64,000 bases of DNA, taken from a bacterium. GTDB taxonomy: Bacteria > SAR324 > NAC60-12. The position numbers and the translations under genes were made by a program. The notes beneath the pieces are model-generated. The model ran no database searches and was not told the origin of the DNA. It saw only the letters and a program-made list of their open reading frames with translations. Of the stretch, positions 63,783 to 64,000 are shown one piece after another. The stretch lies in NCBI GenBank assembly GCA_965205865.1, contig CBDBHR010000028.1, forward strand, positions 320,001 through 384,000, read 5' to 3'. Every line of letters begins with the position of its first letter. The first letter of the stretch is position 1.

Positions 63783-64000
63783 TGCGCATTCTCCGTTTCT
63801 TAAAATTGAAAAAATATAAAAAAATTTCTACACGGAAGAGCCTCTTCCAAAAGCCTTTGCCTGGTTTCTCTCCCCGTTCAACTGGTATTTCGTAACTCTC
63901 GCTCAACTTGGATTGAAATCCATACATCACGAATGTGGGAAATCTTAAAGATTTCTACCTGCGGTCGAGATGACACCAAAGCGTATAACATGATGAAGCA

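Noticed and set aside
1-64000. Diversity-generating retroelement, retron or integron integrase
   Set aside because: No RT or tyrosine-recombinase ORF, and no repeat pair with adenine-specific differences was seen.

Overview
A 64-kb bacterial window (taxonomy cannot be fixed from the sequence; an SAR324/deltaproteobacterial-like host-associated genome is only a guess). It has three family-5 ABC substrate-binding genes (two with permease pairs) and a catabolic cluster at 28.4-36.2 kb, set in a heavily decayed mobilome. The most striking feature is a set of group II intron RNAs with no intact reverse transcriptase/maturase anywhere in the window. There are four families, each in a different structured target. 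Family A has five ~690-705 nt copies; four split a ~78-bp GGGGTCAGGCC|TTTGATT...AATCAAAGGCCTGACCCC palindrome at the same base, and the palindrome end matches the end of an internally deleted RAYT-like HUH gene. Family B is nested in domain 3 of one A copy (a twintron). Family C has two class-IIC introns plus a 17-nt scar in integron attC bottom strands. Family D is a 5' fragment behind a REP hairpin. Also present: integrase-less attC clusters (ribokinase, higA, hicBA and hypothetical cassettes), four copies of a TAGCTA-targeting DDE IS, IS5, IS91, ISAs1, IS1595 and IS1 remnants, a TA-flanked MITE, a conserved structured leader on two thermonuclease genes, a Panacea/PemK-like toxin-antitoxin pair and a single-chain restriction-modification enzyme. 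No rRNA, tRNA or CRISPR array was seen.
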